Assembly: GCA_963787835.1 (NCBI GenBank)
Contig: CAWBEI010000003.1
Coordinates: forward strand, 192,001 to 256,000
Length of the DNA: 64,000 nucleotides
Origin: Ignavibacteriota bacterium
Lineage (GTDB): Bacteria > Bacteroidota > Ignavibacteria > Palsa-1295
Direction of reading: 5' to 3'
A program made the translations under genes and the position numbers. Below the pieces are notes generated by a model. The model was not told where the DNA came from and searched no databases. It saw nothing but the letters and a program-made list of their open reading frames with translations. Positions 48,067-57,741 of this stretch are shown here, in pieces (within the stretch, counting starts at the first letter, position 1; every line of letters begins with the position of its first letter).

Positions 48067-49686
48067 ATGAATACTCCTGAAACTCACGCAGCAGACGTCC
48101 AATCAGCCCAGAGCCTCCTCCATAAGAATCTTTCCGACCATGGTGTTTCTCATAGCCAGATCAATTTTAATTTAGGCACGGAAGAGCTTTATGCCGAAGC
48201 GCTTTCGCGTGGCGAGGGGCAGCTTGCTGCTAACGAAGCACTCGTCGTCTCGACCGGAAAATTTACTGGCCGCTCGCCGAAAGATAAGTTTATCGTCGAA
48301 AATGCACCGAGCAAATCCAATGTCTGGTGGGGCAAAACCAATCAGCCGATAAGCGAGGAGAATTTCGAGCGGCTGTATCAGAAAATGGTGAAAGCGATGA
48401 ACGAAAAAGAACTTTTCGTCGCCGATCTTTTCGCTGGCGCGGAAAAGAAATACCAGCTTCCGCTTCGTGTAATAAATGAGTATGCGTGGCATAATCTTTT
48501 CTGTCACGATCTTTTCATCCGCCCCGCGCAGGCCGAGCTTGCCGAGCATCGCCCGCAATTCACGATCATCGCGCTGCCAAGCGTGAAGGCCGATCCTGCA
48601 ACGGACGGTACCAACTCAGAGACGTTCATTCTGCTCAATTTCGAGCGCGGACTTATTCTCATCGGTGGAACGGAATACTCCGGCGAGATGAAAAAAGGGA
48701 TTTTTACCACACTAAATTATATGCTTCCGCTCAAGGGAGTGATGTCTATGCACTGCTCTGCAAATATAGGTGAAGCAGGTGATGTGGCACTCTTCTTTGG
48801 TCTTTCCGGCACCGGCAAAACGACACTTTCCGCAGATCCAAAACGACGCCTCATCGGTGATGATGAACATGGATGGTCGGATAACGGTGTGTTCAACTTC
48901 GAAGGCGGATGCTACGCGAAGTGCATCAAACTTTCGAAAGAGCAGGAACCACAAATCTGGAATGCGATCAAGCGCGGCGCTGTGCTCGAAAATGTTGTGC
49001 TCGATGCCAACCGTGTCCCGGATTACAACGACACCTCGAAAACGGAGAACACGCGCTGCGCCTACCCATTGGATTTCATCGAGAATTCCGTCGAGCCTTC
49101 TGTGGGTGGGCATCCGAAAAATATTATTTTCCTCACAGCAGATGCATTCGGCGTACTTCCGCCGATCTCAAAGCTTACCAAAGAGCAAGCGATGTATCAT
49201 TTTATCTCTGGATATACAGCAAAGGTCGCTGGCACCGAACGTGGCGTGACCGAACCGGAGCCGAATTTCTCCACATGCTTCGGCGCACCCTTTATGGTGC
49301 ATCATCCGAATGTGTATGCCGGTCTGCTTGGAAAGAAGATCGAGGAGCACAATGTCCGTTGCTGGCTTGTCAATACCGGATGGACGGGCGGACCGTATGG
49401 CGTGGGTAAACGCATGCACTTGCCTTACACGCGCGCGATGGTCGAGCAAGCGCTGGCTGGCAATCTCGATAATGTAAAGACGGTAAAAGATCCAATTTTC
49501 GGCATGGAAATTCCGCAGCAAGTTCCCGGAGTGCCGGATGAAGTGCTCAACCCGCGAAATACGTGGGCCGACAAATCGGCCTACGATAAGCAAGCTGCTG
49601 ATCTAGCCCGCCGCTTCGTGGAAAACTTCAAGAAATATGAAGAAGGGACAAGCGAGGCCATCAAGAATGCTGCCCCAAAGGCGTAA
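48067..49686 (+). CDS. pckA: phosphoenolpyruvate carboxykinase (ATP)
   Basis: [53 protein letters not shown]. Confidence 0.97.
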   Translation: MNTPETHAADVQSAQSLLHKNLSDHGVSHSQINFNLGTEELYAEALSRGEGQLAANEALVVSTGKFTGRSPKDKFIVENAPSKSNVWWGKTNQPISEENFERLYQKMVKAMNEKELFVADLFAGAEKKYQLPLRVINEYAWHNLFCHDLFIRPAQAELAEHRPQFTIIALPSVKADPATDGTNSETFILLNFERGLILIGGTEYSGEMKKGIFTTLNYMLPLKGVMSMHCSANIGEAGDVALFFGLSGTGKTTLSADPKRRLIGDDEHGWSDNGVFNFEGGCYAKCIKLSKEQEPQIWNAIKRGAVLENVVLDANRVPDYNDTSKTENTRCAYPLDFIENSVEPSVGGHPKNIIFLTADAFGVLPPISKLTKEQAMYHFISGYTAKVAGTERGVTEPEPNFSTCFGAPFMVHHPNVYAGLLGKKIEEHNVRCWLVNTGWTGGPYGVGKRMHLPYTRAMVEQALAGNLDNVKTVKDPIFGMEIPQQVPGVPDEVLNPRNTWADKSAYDKQAADLARRFVENFKKYEEGTSEAIKNAAPKA

Positions 49687-49741
49687 TACTTCCGCCAAAA
49701 CTCTGAAGCGAAACAGAAGCTCAAAATTCTAATTTTTTTGG

Positions 49742-49777
49742 ATCATCCCGGATTTTTTAGTCCGGGATGATTTTTTT
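49742..49777 (+). terminator. intrinsic terminator of pckA
   Basis: ATCATCCCGGA/TCCGGGATGAT stem plus T-run. Confidence 0.8.
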
Positions 49778-49831
49778 CGTATTTTTGAACGAGAGATGAG
49801 TGTGTTGTAAAAGCTCATCTCACATAACACT

Positions 49832-50350
49832 ATGGTAACAGCTATTCTTTTTGGCCTTTATTCTGCTGGCGTTGCGATCGTGGTCACCTTAATTGGGTAC
49901 TTTACGGGCATGTACAAAACTGACGCCATGAATTGGCTTCCATGGGTAGGCGTCCCGTTCTTCATCCTCTTTATTTGGATGGCTATGAATGAGCGAAAGC
50001 GAGAGGATTTCGGAGGTGAGATTTCCTACGGTCAGGCATTCATCACCGGCTTGCTCGTCGGGGTTTTTGCAGGGATAGCCATGGGAATTTTCATGTATAT
50101 TTATGCAACCTCTATCAATCCTGGAATGATGGATATGGTCACTCAAAAGCAAGTTGCAGCGATGCGGGCGCAGAACATGTCCTCCGATCAAATTCAAAAA
50201 GCCCAATCGTACATGAAGATGTTTACATCACCCACTGCGATGTTGATCACGACGTTTATTGGGGATGTTATTATGGCAACGATCTTTTCGCTCATTGTCG
50301 CCATTTTTGTAAGGTCGAAAGAAGGCGAATCCGAAATCAAGACCGTTTAA
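49832..50350 (+). CDS. DUF4199 family membrane protein
   Basis: 4 TM with GGEISYGQAF..G and YIY..INP motifs. Confidence 0.8.
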   Translation: MVTAILFGLYSAGVAIVVTLIGYFTGMYKTDAMNWLPWVGVPFFILFIWMAMNERKREDFGGEISYGQAFITGLLVGVFAGIAMGIFMYIYATSINPGMMDMVTQKQVAAMRAQNMSSDQIQKAQSYMKMFTSPTAMLITTFIGDVIMATIFSLIVAIFVRSKEGESEIKTV

Positions 50351-50414
50351 CGAAAAAATTTAGCCTCCTGCAATTTCGGCGCAAACGAAAGTTTGCATAT
50401 CATGTTCTTCTCGC

Positions 50415-52118
50415 ATGTCCGAAACTTTCCAGGTAACAGCCCTTAAATGGCGCCCCATGCGATTCGATGACGTGGTCGGTCAGGATCACGTCACGCGCAC
50501 GCTAAAAAACGCCATTGCATCCGACCGGCTTGCTCACGCGTTCCTATTCACCGGTCAACGCGGCTGCGGCAAAACCACTGTTGCTCGTATTCTTGCCAAA
50601 GCCGTTAATTGCCCGAACGCAGCATCGAATGGCTACGAACCATGCAATTATTGCGAGAACTGCCTTGCCATTACCGAAGGCCGCTCGATGGATGTGGCGG
50701 AGATCGATGGCGCTTCTAATACCGGAGTTGATGACGTCCGCATGTTACGCGATAACGTCAAGTATCCGCCGCTGACGGGAAAGTACAAAGTTGTTATCAT
50801 CGACGAAATTCACATGCTTTCTAACAATGCATTTAACGCACTGTTAAAGACGTTAGAAGAGCCGCCGCGTCATCTCATTTTTGTTTTCGCTACTACGGAA
50901 GTTCAAAAAGTCCTCCCGACGATTCTTTCCCGCACCCAGCGTTACGATTTCCGGCGTATTCAGCTTGAAGAGATCACCCGACGTTTGCGAACAATCGCCG
51001 AGGCTGATGGAATTACGATCGAGGATGATGCGCTCATCATCATTGCAAAAAAAGCCGATGGTTCCATGCGAGATGCGCAATCCTTGATGGATCAGGTAAT
51101 TGCATATTGCGGAATGACCGTGGAAACTTCTCGCCTGCGCGAAGCCCTCAACCTCATAGATCTTGATTTTTATTTCGAGGTAAGCGAAGCAATTGCGGAC
51201 CGCACTCCCAAACGCGCCTTTGAACTGAGCGGCGAAATTATATCGCGTGGGTACGATGTGGAGGAATTTTTTTCTGGCTTGCTTGAGCATTTCCGGAATA
51301 TCCTGACCGTCCGCATTACAGGGACTACCAAGCAATTAGAGGTCTCAAAAGCGCATCAGGAGCGATATTCCAATCATGCCGAGCAATTCAACGAGGCTGA
51401 TGTACTTCGACTCGTTCGGCTGGGACAAACGGCATTCGAGCGCCTGAAATCTACCCACGACCCACGTATTGTTCTTGAAGTGGCTCTGGTTGAAATGATG
51501 ATGCTGGAACGAGCCATCGAAGTATCACAGCTTATTGAGGAAGTTCGTGCGCTTCGTGGAGTTGCTCCAATGAGCCTACCTCAGAACCCCGCCACGCCGG
51601 AAAAAAAAAGTAGCAACATAGCGGCAGGCCCAGCAAATGGAAGTTTGCCTCCCTCCATTCCTAAAATATCTGCAGCGGCTCCATCTTCAAAGCCACAAAT
51701 AGTTCAAGAGGCCGTTCCCGAACAAAAAGAAACACTCGATACCGATACTGTTGCTTCCCGCTGGCTGGAGTTTGGAGATTTCTTAAGAACAAGATCCCGC
51801 CCGCTTTGGTCTATTCTTCCTGAACTGGAATTCTGCGGCGTTCGCCGAGCTACGATCTACTTTGGAGTTCCCGGCGCAGCGCAGAAGGGCATGCTGATGA
51901 ATATGAAGGACGAGATGCAACTTGCCCTGAAAGAATTCTTCGGCGCGCCTTTACAATTCGAGGCCGGCCCCAAAAGCGAAATGCATGTAAAAGCCGGCTC
52001 GCCGGTGGTGATGAATCCTGAAATTGTTGCCCTGGTCGCACCTGAATCAAAGCCATCCACTGTAGAACGATCGGAATTGGAAATGGCACTTCTTGAATTG
52101 GGAGCGCAGGAAGTGTGA
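50415..52118 (+). CDS. dnaX: DNA polymerase III subunit gamma/tau
   Basis: KWRPMRFDDVVGQ, GQRGCGKTT, Zn Cys cluster, IDEIHML, NALLKTLEEPP, GSMRDA. Confidence 0.97.
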   Translation: MSETFQVTALKWRPMRFDDVVGQDHVTRTLKNAIASDRLAHAFLFTGQRGCGKTTVARILAKAVNCPNAASNGYEPCNYCENCLAITEGRSMDVAEIDGASNTGVDDVRMLRDNVKYPPLTGKYKVVIIDEIHMLSNNAFNALLKTLEEPPRHLIFVFATTEVQKVLPTILSRTQRYDFRRIQLEEITRRLRTIAEADGITIEDDALIIIAKKADGSMRDAQSLMDQVIAYCGMTVETSRLREALNLIDLDFYFEVSEAIADRTPKRAFELSGEIISRGYDVEEFFSGLLEHFRNILTVRITGTTKQLEVSKAHQERYSNHAEQFNEADVLRLVRLGQTAFERLKSTHDPRIVLEVALVEMMMLERAIEVSQLIEEVRALRGVAPMSLPQNPATPEKKSSNIAAGPANGSLPPSIPKISAAAPSSKPQIVQEAVPEQKETLDTDTVASRWLEFGDFLRTRSRPLWSILPELEFCGVRRATIYFGVPGAAQKGMLMNMKDEMQLALKEFFGAPLQFEAGPKSEMHVKAGSPVVMNPEIVALVAPESKPSTVERSELEMALLELGAQEV

Positions 52119-52119
52119 T

Positions 52120-52766
52120 ATGATGACCGAACCAAATCTTTCTAATGCTACTTGTTATTATCGAACACGGGAATCCCGCTGGCTCTTGATGATTATAGTA
52201 ATTGTTGGATTTGCTTTCTCCGCTTATGAGACAATCTCTGGCATCAATCAAGGACTTCAGTGGTATCAATTAACCTATAATCCATTTCGTTATTATTCCT
52301 ATCATTATTATCATTATCATTTAGGCCCTCCTCTATTCGTTTGGCTTTTGCTTGCGTTATTCTTTGTAATTCTCTTGATCCTAAATGTTCCTGCATTTTC
52401 TACTCCGGACCCACACTTGCAATCTCTAAAGAAGGCATATACTATGAGTTTCTTAGTAGAAAGCTAATATTGATTGGATGGGATGATATTGCCCGATTGA
52501 CAGCATCGGACGTTACTTGGCGCGGTTCTACGATCCATAATATTTTTATTGAACTAAAAGATTCGCACAAAACCCTTGAACATATTAAAGAGCGATCAGG
52601 AACGGTTCCATTTGTTTTCGGACTTCAATTTGGTTTCAGAGACCCTACAAAGCCATTACGCATTTTAGCAGACAACATCGAAAATGCCACGCGAGATCAA
52701 ATTTTGGATCAATTAGGGACACAACTTTCAGAGTACCGAAAACATAATTCGGTTCATGGAACATAG
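52120..52766 (+). pseudogene. STM3941-like membrane protein, frameshifted in a T4 run at 52396-52399
   Basis: 2-TM N-part (52120-52467) and C-part PTLAISKEGI...IGWDDI (to 52766) join if one T is added (about 215 aa); AT-rich. Confidence 0.55.
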
Positions 52767-52772
52767 ATCCAG

Positions 52773-52798
52773 TGGATTCCCGCTTTCGCGGGAATGAC
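52773..52798. repeat. REP-like palindrome TGGATTCCCGCTTTCGCGGGAATGAC; probable terminator between convergent genes
   Basis: ATTCCCGC-TTTC-GCGGGAAT hairpin matching the ATTCCC-N8-GGGAAT pattern. Confidence 0.65.
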
Positions 52799-52801
52799 AT
52801 T

Positions 52802-53047
52802 TTAAGCCACTTTTGCCGCCTTGGCCAGCTTCGATTTCTTATTGGCGGCGAAATTCTTGTGGACAAGTCCCTTGCGGGCGAGCTTATCCAAACGGCTCTG
52901 GATCGTCTTGAGATCGGTGGGCGCACCCTCCGGGGATTCTGCAAATCCCTTCAAAAGTTTACGTAAATCGACCTTTTGGCCCTTATTGGCCGTGCGGCGC
53001 TTCTCCGAAAGACGAACGCGGCGTACCGCTCCTTTATGCTGAGGCAT
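52802..53047 (-). CDS. rpsT: 30S ribosomal protein S20
   Basis: MPQHKGAVRRVRLSEKRR..N...LDKLARKGLVHKNFAANKKSKL. Confidence 0.95.
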   Translation of the reverse strand: MPQHKGAVRRVRLSEKRRTANKGQKVDLRKLLKGFAESPEGAPTDLKTIQSRLDKLARKGLVHKNFAANKKSKLAKAAKVA

Positions 53048-53117
53048 GAATTAATCTAATGTAAAATTTCTATTCGAATTGGAGCCGACAAACGCCGGAA
53101 TTGCCCTCTTTAGTTCA

Positions 53118-53262
53118 GACTGGGATTCATAGGATTTTTAGGGATTCATGAGATAGGAAAAATCGCTCATTCTAAACTCGAAAACGTCTTCTTGTAATAA
53201 AGATTGAAAAACCTTACCAATCCCCATCGCATGAATCCCCAAAAATCTCACGAATCCCAGTC
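53118..53262. repeat. inverted-repeat extragenic element (GACTGGGATT...AATCCCAGTC), copy 1
   Basis: 33-bp arms at 53118-53150 and 53230-53262 with 4 mismatches. Confidence 0.8.
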
Positions 53263-54535
53263 ACGTCTTCAATTTCCGCTTCTTCGCTGCAGGGAAAAGC
53301 ACGTTATTCAATATCAAACGGTAGCCCGGCGAATTTTTATGCAACTTCAAGTCTGTCGGCGGATCACCCACCTGGTGCGTGTATGCCTCCGGATCATGCC
53401 CGCCATAGAAGCAGAAAAAGCCGCGACCGTAGTTAGAGTAAAGATATTTCACCTGATCGGTCCCCTCCCGCTGGCCTAAAATGGTCACATCTTTCTTGAT
53501 AAGCTCTTTATGGAATCCGGTGGTCTGCCCCATGAATCCTTTTACCACATTAGTGTGATCCTGCGTAAGCATAGTCGGGACGGGATCGTATTTCGCGGAA
53601 AAATCGAACAGCGTGAAATAGTCGTTATCTTTCGAGCCAACCTCGTTCGGCTGAATATCGATGTCGCTGAACTCATACGCGAACGGGTTTGGATTCACTT
53701 TGAAATTTTCGAATGCGAACGTCTTGGAATAATCAAGCTTTGACTGATAATTCGGATCGACCGGATCGCCATCGAATTCTGCTGCACAAATGTCATCGTT
53801 CTCAGCAGCAAGGGCAATGTCATAGGTATCGGTTGCCGAGCACATGGCAAACATGAAGCCGCCATTGGCAACGAACTCCTTGATCTTCCGTGCAACGGCT
53901 TTTTTTTCCTCACTCACTTTTGCATAGCCTAATTTTTTTGCTTCATCTTCCAGCATTCGCACTTGCGCCTGATACCATGGCGCTGAACTATAATTCCCGT
54001 AGAATTTTCCATATTGTCCCGTAAAATCTTCGTGATGGAGATGCAGCCAGTCATATTGCTTCAGCTTATCTCCCAGGACTTCATCGTCCCATATCTTATC
54101 GTAGGGGACTTCGGCGTATTCCAGCGCCAGTGTTACGGCATCGTCCCACGGCTGAAATCCAGGTGGAACATAAACGGCGATCTTCGGCGCTTTTTCCAGC
54201 TTTACAACATCCATGTTCTTCGCAGGCTCCTGCACCAGATCGTAGATGGATTTCGCGGCTCCGGCATCGACCGTCTCGAACGATACGCCTCGGATACGGC
54301 ATTCGGCAGCCAGCAGATCGGAATAATCGGCCATAAAGCTTCCGCCTCGGTAATTCAATAGCCAATCGACTGCCAGCCCTTTCTGCAGTGCCCAGAAGGT
54401 GATTCCGTAGGCTTTCAGATGGTCCGTCTGATCGAGATCCATCGGAATAAGCAGCTTATTTTGAGCAATGCTAACGGAAGATGATAAAAGAAGTAATGCC
54501 GTGACCAGCGGCAGGAGGAATTTTCGAACGTTCAT
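53261..54535 (-). CDS. conserved secreted Bacteroidota protein (often annotated asparagine synthetase B; class I GATase-like fold)
   Basis: Signal peptide; HLKAYG, WLLNYRGGSF, WDDAVTL, DWLHLHHEDFTGQYGKF, AMCSATD, GHDPE, NSPGYRLILNN. Confidence 0.8.
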   Translation of the reverse strand: MNVRKFLLPLVTALLLLSSSVSIAQNKLLIPMDLDQTDHLKAYGITFWALQKGLAVDWLLNYRGGSFMADYSDLLAAECRIRGVSFETVDAGAAKSIYDLVQEPAKNMDVVKLEKAPKIAVYVPPGFQPWDDAVTLALEYAEVPYDKIWDDEVLGDKLKQYDWLHLHHEDFTGQYGKFYGNYSSAPWYQAQVRMLEDEAKKLGYAKVSEEKKAVARKIKEFVANGGFMFAMCSATDTYDIALAAENDDICAAEFDGDPVDPNYQSKLDYSKTFAFENFKVNPNPFAYEFSDIDIQPNEVGSKDNDYFTLFDFSAKYDPVPTMLTQDHTNVVKGFMGQTTGFHKELIKKDVTILGQREGTDQVKYLYSNYGRGFFCFYGGHDPEAYTHQVGDPPTDLKLHKNSPGYRLILNNVLFPAAKKRKLKT

Positions 54536-54582
54536 ACAAATACTAACTTCGAGCGCCTCAAAAGGATTGCCAGTTCAAAGCT

Positions 54583-54813
54583 TTATTGCTTTAATTCTTT
54601 GTCATTATTTACCATCCATCGCCTGAGCGCAACCACGCCCCATAATCCCTCCACAATCGCAAACGGAACGGAGTCGATAAGCACCGCATACGTACTGGCC
54701 CCGAAACAGGAGATAGCGAATACCAGCCGCCACACTCTTCCCCGCTTGTCGAGCAGGTACGATAGGAACATCATCGTAACACAGGTAAAACCAAACGCCT
54801 CTGTAACAGTCAT
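54583..54813 (-). CDS. small membrane protein (CBU_0592-like)
   Basis: 3 TM, PFAIVEGLW motif; start ATG 54813. Confidence 0.6.
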   Translation of the reverse strand: MTVTEAFGFTCVTMMFLSYLLDKRGRVWRLVFAISCFGASTYAVLIDSVPFAIVEGLWGVVALRRWMVNNDKELKQ

Positions 54814-54897
54814 TGCATATCTCGAACAATTCTTCAGAGAAGACACGTTCTTTCCTTGTAACTTTCGCTCTCTTGATGTGTTTTAATAGTAGTCTTT

Positions 54898-55416
54898 ATG
54901 AAAGCAATTCTCTTCACACTATTTGTTGGAAGTGCGCTTCTTTGCGGCTCGTGCGGCGGCACGAACTATATCGTAACGGATTCCGCGCCGGACTATATCA
55001 CGCGCGATTCCCTCAATAATTCCGTTGCGGTCGTAGCCGCGCAGCCGGTTCTTCATCCGGCCCATGTTGTTTCATTCGGGAATTATCTTTTCGTCAACGA
55101 ACCGTATCAGGGATGGCACATCATCAATAACACGAATCCCGCAGCCCCGAGCAACGTGGCATACATTTCTGCTCCCGGCAGCCTCGATGCAACTGCATCC
55201 AGCGGCTATCTCTATCTTCAAAATTCGGTGGATCTTGTGGTCTTGAGTATTGCAAATCCAGCACAACCGGTTGTAGTGAAACGAATGCAAAATGTTCTGA
55301 ATATTCCGGCCTCACCGCATGACCCGACCGGGTATGATTCCCCAGCCGATGGCTTGGAAATCATTAATTGGCACGATACAACTGTTTCGGAGACTCTGGG
55401 CGGCCTATACTTCTGA
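54898..55416 (+). CDS. LVIVD-repeat lipoprotein
   Basis: Lipobox GS-C; YLFVNEPYQGWHIINNTNPAAP, DLVVLSIANP. Confidence 0.75.
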   Translation: MKAILFTLFVGSALLCGSCGGTNYIVTDSAPDYITRDSLNNSVAVVAAQPVLHPAHVVSFGNYLFVNEPYQGWHIINNTNPAAPSNVAYISAPGSLDATASSGYLYLQNSVDLVVLSIANPAQPVVVKRMQNVLNIPASPHDPTGYDSPADGLEIINWHDTTVSETLGGLYF

Positions 55417-56192
55417 TGAAAAAACTCAGTGTTGTTCACCTGATCGCTCTGTTGCTCTTCGTCATCTGCGGATGCTTTCAACAGGCAACTCCACCAACGG
55501 AGCATGTTGCGAGTTGCAGTACGTCGGGATGGGCCTACAGCCTCGTGAGTAACGGAAATTATATTCAAGTAGCAGACTATACGAGTCTCTATTCACTATC
55601 GAATCCGGCAGATCCCACACCCTCCGGATACTCAGCGTTCGGCTTATACGATACCACATTCATGGATAGCGCCAATGAATATAATTGCTTTGGAAGCCGT
55701 TTTGAGTTTGGCCCTATTGCATCGACAAGCTATCCGCTTACGGTAACGATATTATCGGGATATGCCCGGCACATTGCAATAGCCGATAGCCTTATCTACA
55801 TCATTCGGCACACGACCTACCCGGGAACCAACGTATTCTGCCAGCAGGCGGTCGATTCCGTGAACGGGCTCGATGTTGACCAATTCGACCCGCATCAACC
55901 GAATGACACTTCGGAATTTGCTACCCTTCTGACAAAGATCCCATTCACCGACCCAACCGACATAGCCATTCAGGGCAGCACGCTTTTTGTGTTAGATGCT
56001 TCGACGGGATTGCAAATATTTAGTCTTTCAAATCCAGCGAACCCGGCGCTTATCGCGCAAGCTCCGAACGTGCAGGGCTATCATATTCAGGTTACCTCGC
56101 AATCGACACTTCTGGTCACATCTGCCACCGGACTCGCACAATATGATATCTCCAATCCCGCCTCGGTAATTTTGCTTAGCAAGATACAGTAA
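55416..56192 (+). CDS. LVIVD-repeat lipoprotein
   Basis: TGATG coupling; lipobox ICG-C; GLQIFSLSNPANP, YDISNPAS. Confidence 0.72.
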   Translation: MKKLSVVHLIALLLFVICGCFQQATPPTEHVASCSTSGWAYSLVSNGNYIQVADYTSLYSLSNPADPTPSGYSAFGLYDTTFMDSANEYNCFGSRFEFGPIASTSYPLTVTILSGYARHIAIADSLIYIIRHTTYPGTNVFCQQAVDSVNGLDVDQFDPHQPNDTSEFATLLTKIPFTDPTDIAIQGSTLFVLDASTGLQIFSLSNPANPALIAQAPNVQGYHIQVTSQSTLLVTSATGLAQYDISNPASVILLSKIQ

Positions 56193-56216
56193 AGTATACT
56201 GGCTTACCTACGTCTG

Positions 56217-56885
56217 CTACTTCACAATAAACTTGGCAATCTCATAGCCGCTGCCGGTTCCGAAATGTCCGGTGGAATCGCGCTGGGGCAGCACGTTCTG
56301 TTCGAGGAGAATTCCGGTCGTGGTATCGTACCATTCTTTTAGCGTCTCGCCCTGTATTCCCGCAGCGGTAGGACCGGTATATACATCGAACGTCTCGGAG
56401 TTGAATTGCTGCCCAGCAAAGAGCAGAGGGTCAGGGCCGGTATAGGTGTACCATGTGCTGTTGGCGGGGTTGGGATCGATAGAGGCGAATGTGTGCATAC
56501 TGTCCATTGGAACGGTGATCCATGTTCCGCTTTGTCCCGCCCCCGGATTCATATAATACGAAATGTTACCGCTCGTATCGTAATTGACATACTGAAACAG
56601 GAAATTCGGCGTAAACTCCGTTACGTACGTCTCGCCAAACATCGAAATGCCTGTGGCGAGCACCGTATCGCCATAGAGCGTGCTTGAATCAACACTCCTG
56701 ACGGTGCCGGTGGAATCGACCGTGACCCGATAATACAGGAATGAACTGCCAACTCCCGGAGATACCGGCTTGACCGGCAAAGCCGGGGCCGGACTTGTTG
56801 AATTCGATTTACATCCGGCCAGGAAAGAAATTGCGACAGCGACGAGAACGACAGCCAGAGGGTATTCTTTTAGATTCATTTGCAT
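56217..56885 (-). CDS. hypothetical lipoprotein
   Basis: Lipobox LAG-C; PGVGSSFLY start and EWYDTTTGILL end of a beta-rich domain. Confidence 0.7.
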   Translation of the reverse strand: MQMNLKEYPLAVVLVAVAISFLAGCKSNSTSPAPALPVKPVSPGVGSSFLYYRVTVDSTGTVRSVDSSTLYGDTVLATGISMFGETYVTEFTPNFLFQYVNYDTSGNISYYMNPGAGQSGTWITVPMDSMHTFASIDPNPANSTWYTYTGPDPLLFAGQQFNSETFDVYTGPTAAGIQGETLKEWYDTTTGILLEQNVLPQRDSTGHFGTGSGYEIAKFIVK

Positions 56886-56953
56886 TTGATTCGCGTGTTG
56901 ACAACCTTAGCTCACAAATAGTTGCCAAGCACAGCGCCAAACCTGCGAATTTC

Positions 56954-57631
56954 TCAATATTGCAGCTTCGGATGCCAATCCGCGCCACGGCCTTCGGGAG
57001 TGTAGTCGAACAAATTCCAAACGGGCCAGATTATATCGACATGACGATGATGCTGACCCGGATCGGCAGGAGCAAAGAGCAATTCCGTTGCATACGTATG
57101 GAATATCCCATCCGGAGTTTTCGAAAACACATTAAGTATAGGCAACTGATTTCCTTTTTCATTTTCGCCGAGATAATCGTGATTGTACGTGTTGGAGAAC
57201 GAGGAAAGCAACCGCACGTTGCGCCAGCCTCGCCCGCTCGCCCATTCCAGCGTTTTCTCGATAGGCGCTTTCGTTACCACGACAAAATTGATCTTGTCGC
57301 GCACATGCGTCGTAGAGCCATCAAGCCCATCAACGATGGAGTTACAGCTCGGGCAAGGGAACTTGTCATCCGGATGGTACATCATGCTATAGATCACGAG
57401 GGATGGTTTACCCTCCGCGAACAATTCCGAAAATTTCGTGGTACGCTTCTCGCCATTCACCATTTCATCGAACACATAATCTTCCTTCAGTTTGCCGCCG
57501 ATGGGAAGTTCGCGTCGCATCTGTGCAACACGCTCGGTGTGGCGGCGCAGCGCGATCTCTTCTTCGAGCAGCGCATTTCTGGCATCGCGGTACTGTTGAT
57601 CCTCGTTAGGAAAATTTTTGGTGTGTAGCAT
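56954..57631 (-). CDS. DUF899 family thioredoxin-like protein
   Basis: ARNALLEEE...RRELP, CPSC, DYTPEGRG. Confidence 0.9.
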   Translation of the reverse strand: MLHTKNFPNEDQQYRDARNALLEEEIALRRHTERVAQMRRELPIGGKLKEDYVFDEMVNGEKRTTKFSELFAEGKPSLVIYSMMYHPDDKFPCPSCNSIVDGLDGSTTHVRDKINFVVVTKAPIEKTLEWASGRGWRNVRLLSSFSNTYNHDYLGENEKGNQLPILNVFSKTPDGIFHTYATELLFAPADPGQHHRHVDIIWPVWNLFDYTPEGRGADWHPKLQY

Positions 57632-57643
57632 AATGGAAAGCGT

Positions 57644-57741
57644 GACTGCGATTCGTTAGATTTTTAGGGATTCTTAGGATGATAATTGTAAACACTTATT
57701 TCCATCACAAAAATCTCCTAAAAATCTCACAAATCCCAGTC
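57644..57741. repeat. inverted-repeat extragenic element, copy 2
   Basis: GACTGCGATTCGTTAGATTTTTAGG at 57644 and CCTAAAAATCTCACAAATCCCAGTC ending at 57741; same family as 53118-53262. Confidence 0.78.

Noticed and set aside
53261-54535. Gene symbol asnB
   Set aside because: Has a signal peptide and lacks the N-terminal Cys Ntn domain and SGGLDS motif of true AsnB
56795-57628. 277-aa plus-strand ORF
   Set aside because: Antisense shadow of the well-supported DUF899 gene, with no motifs
53118-57741. CRISPR array
   Set aside because: Repeats are paired inverted arms, not regularly spaced direct repeats; no cas genes
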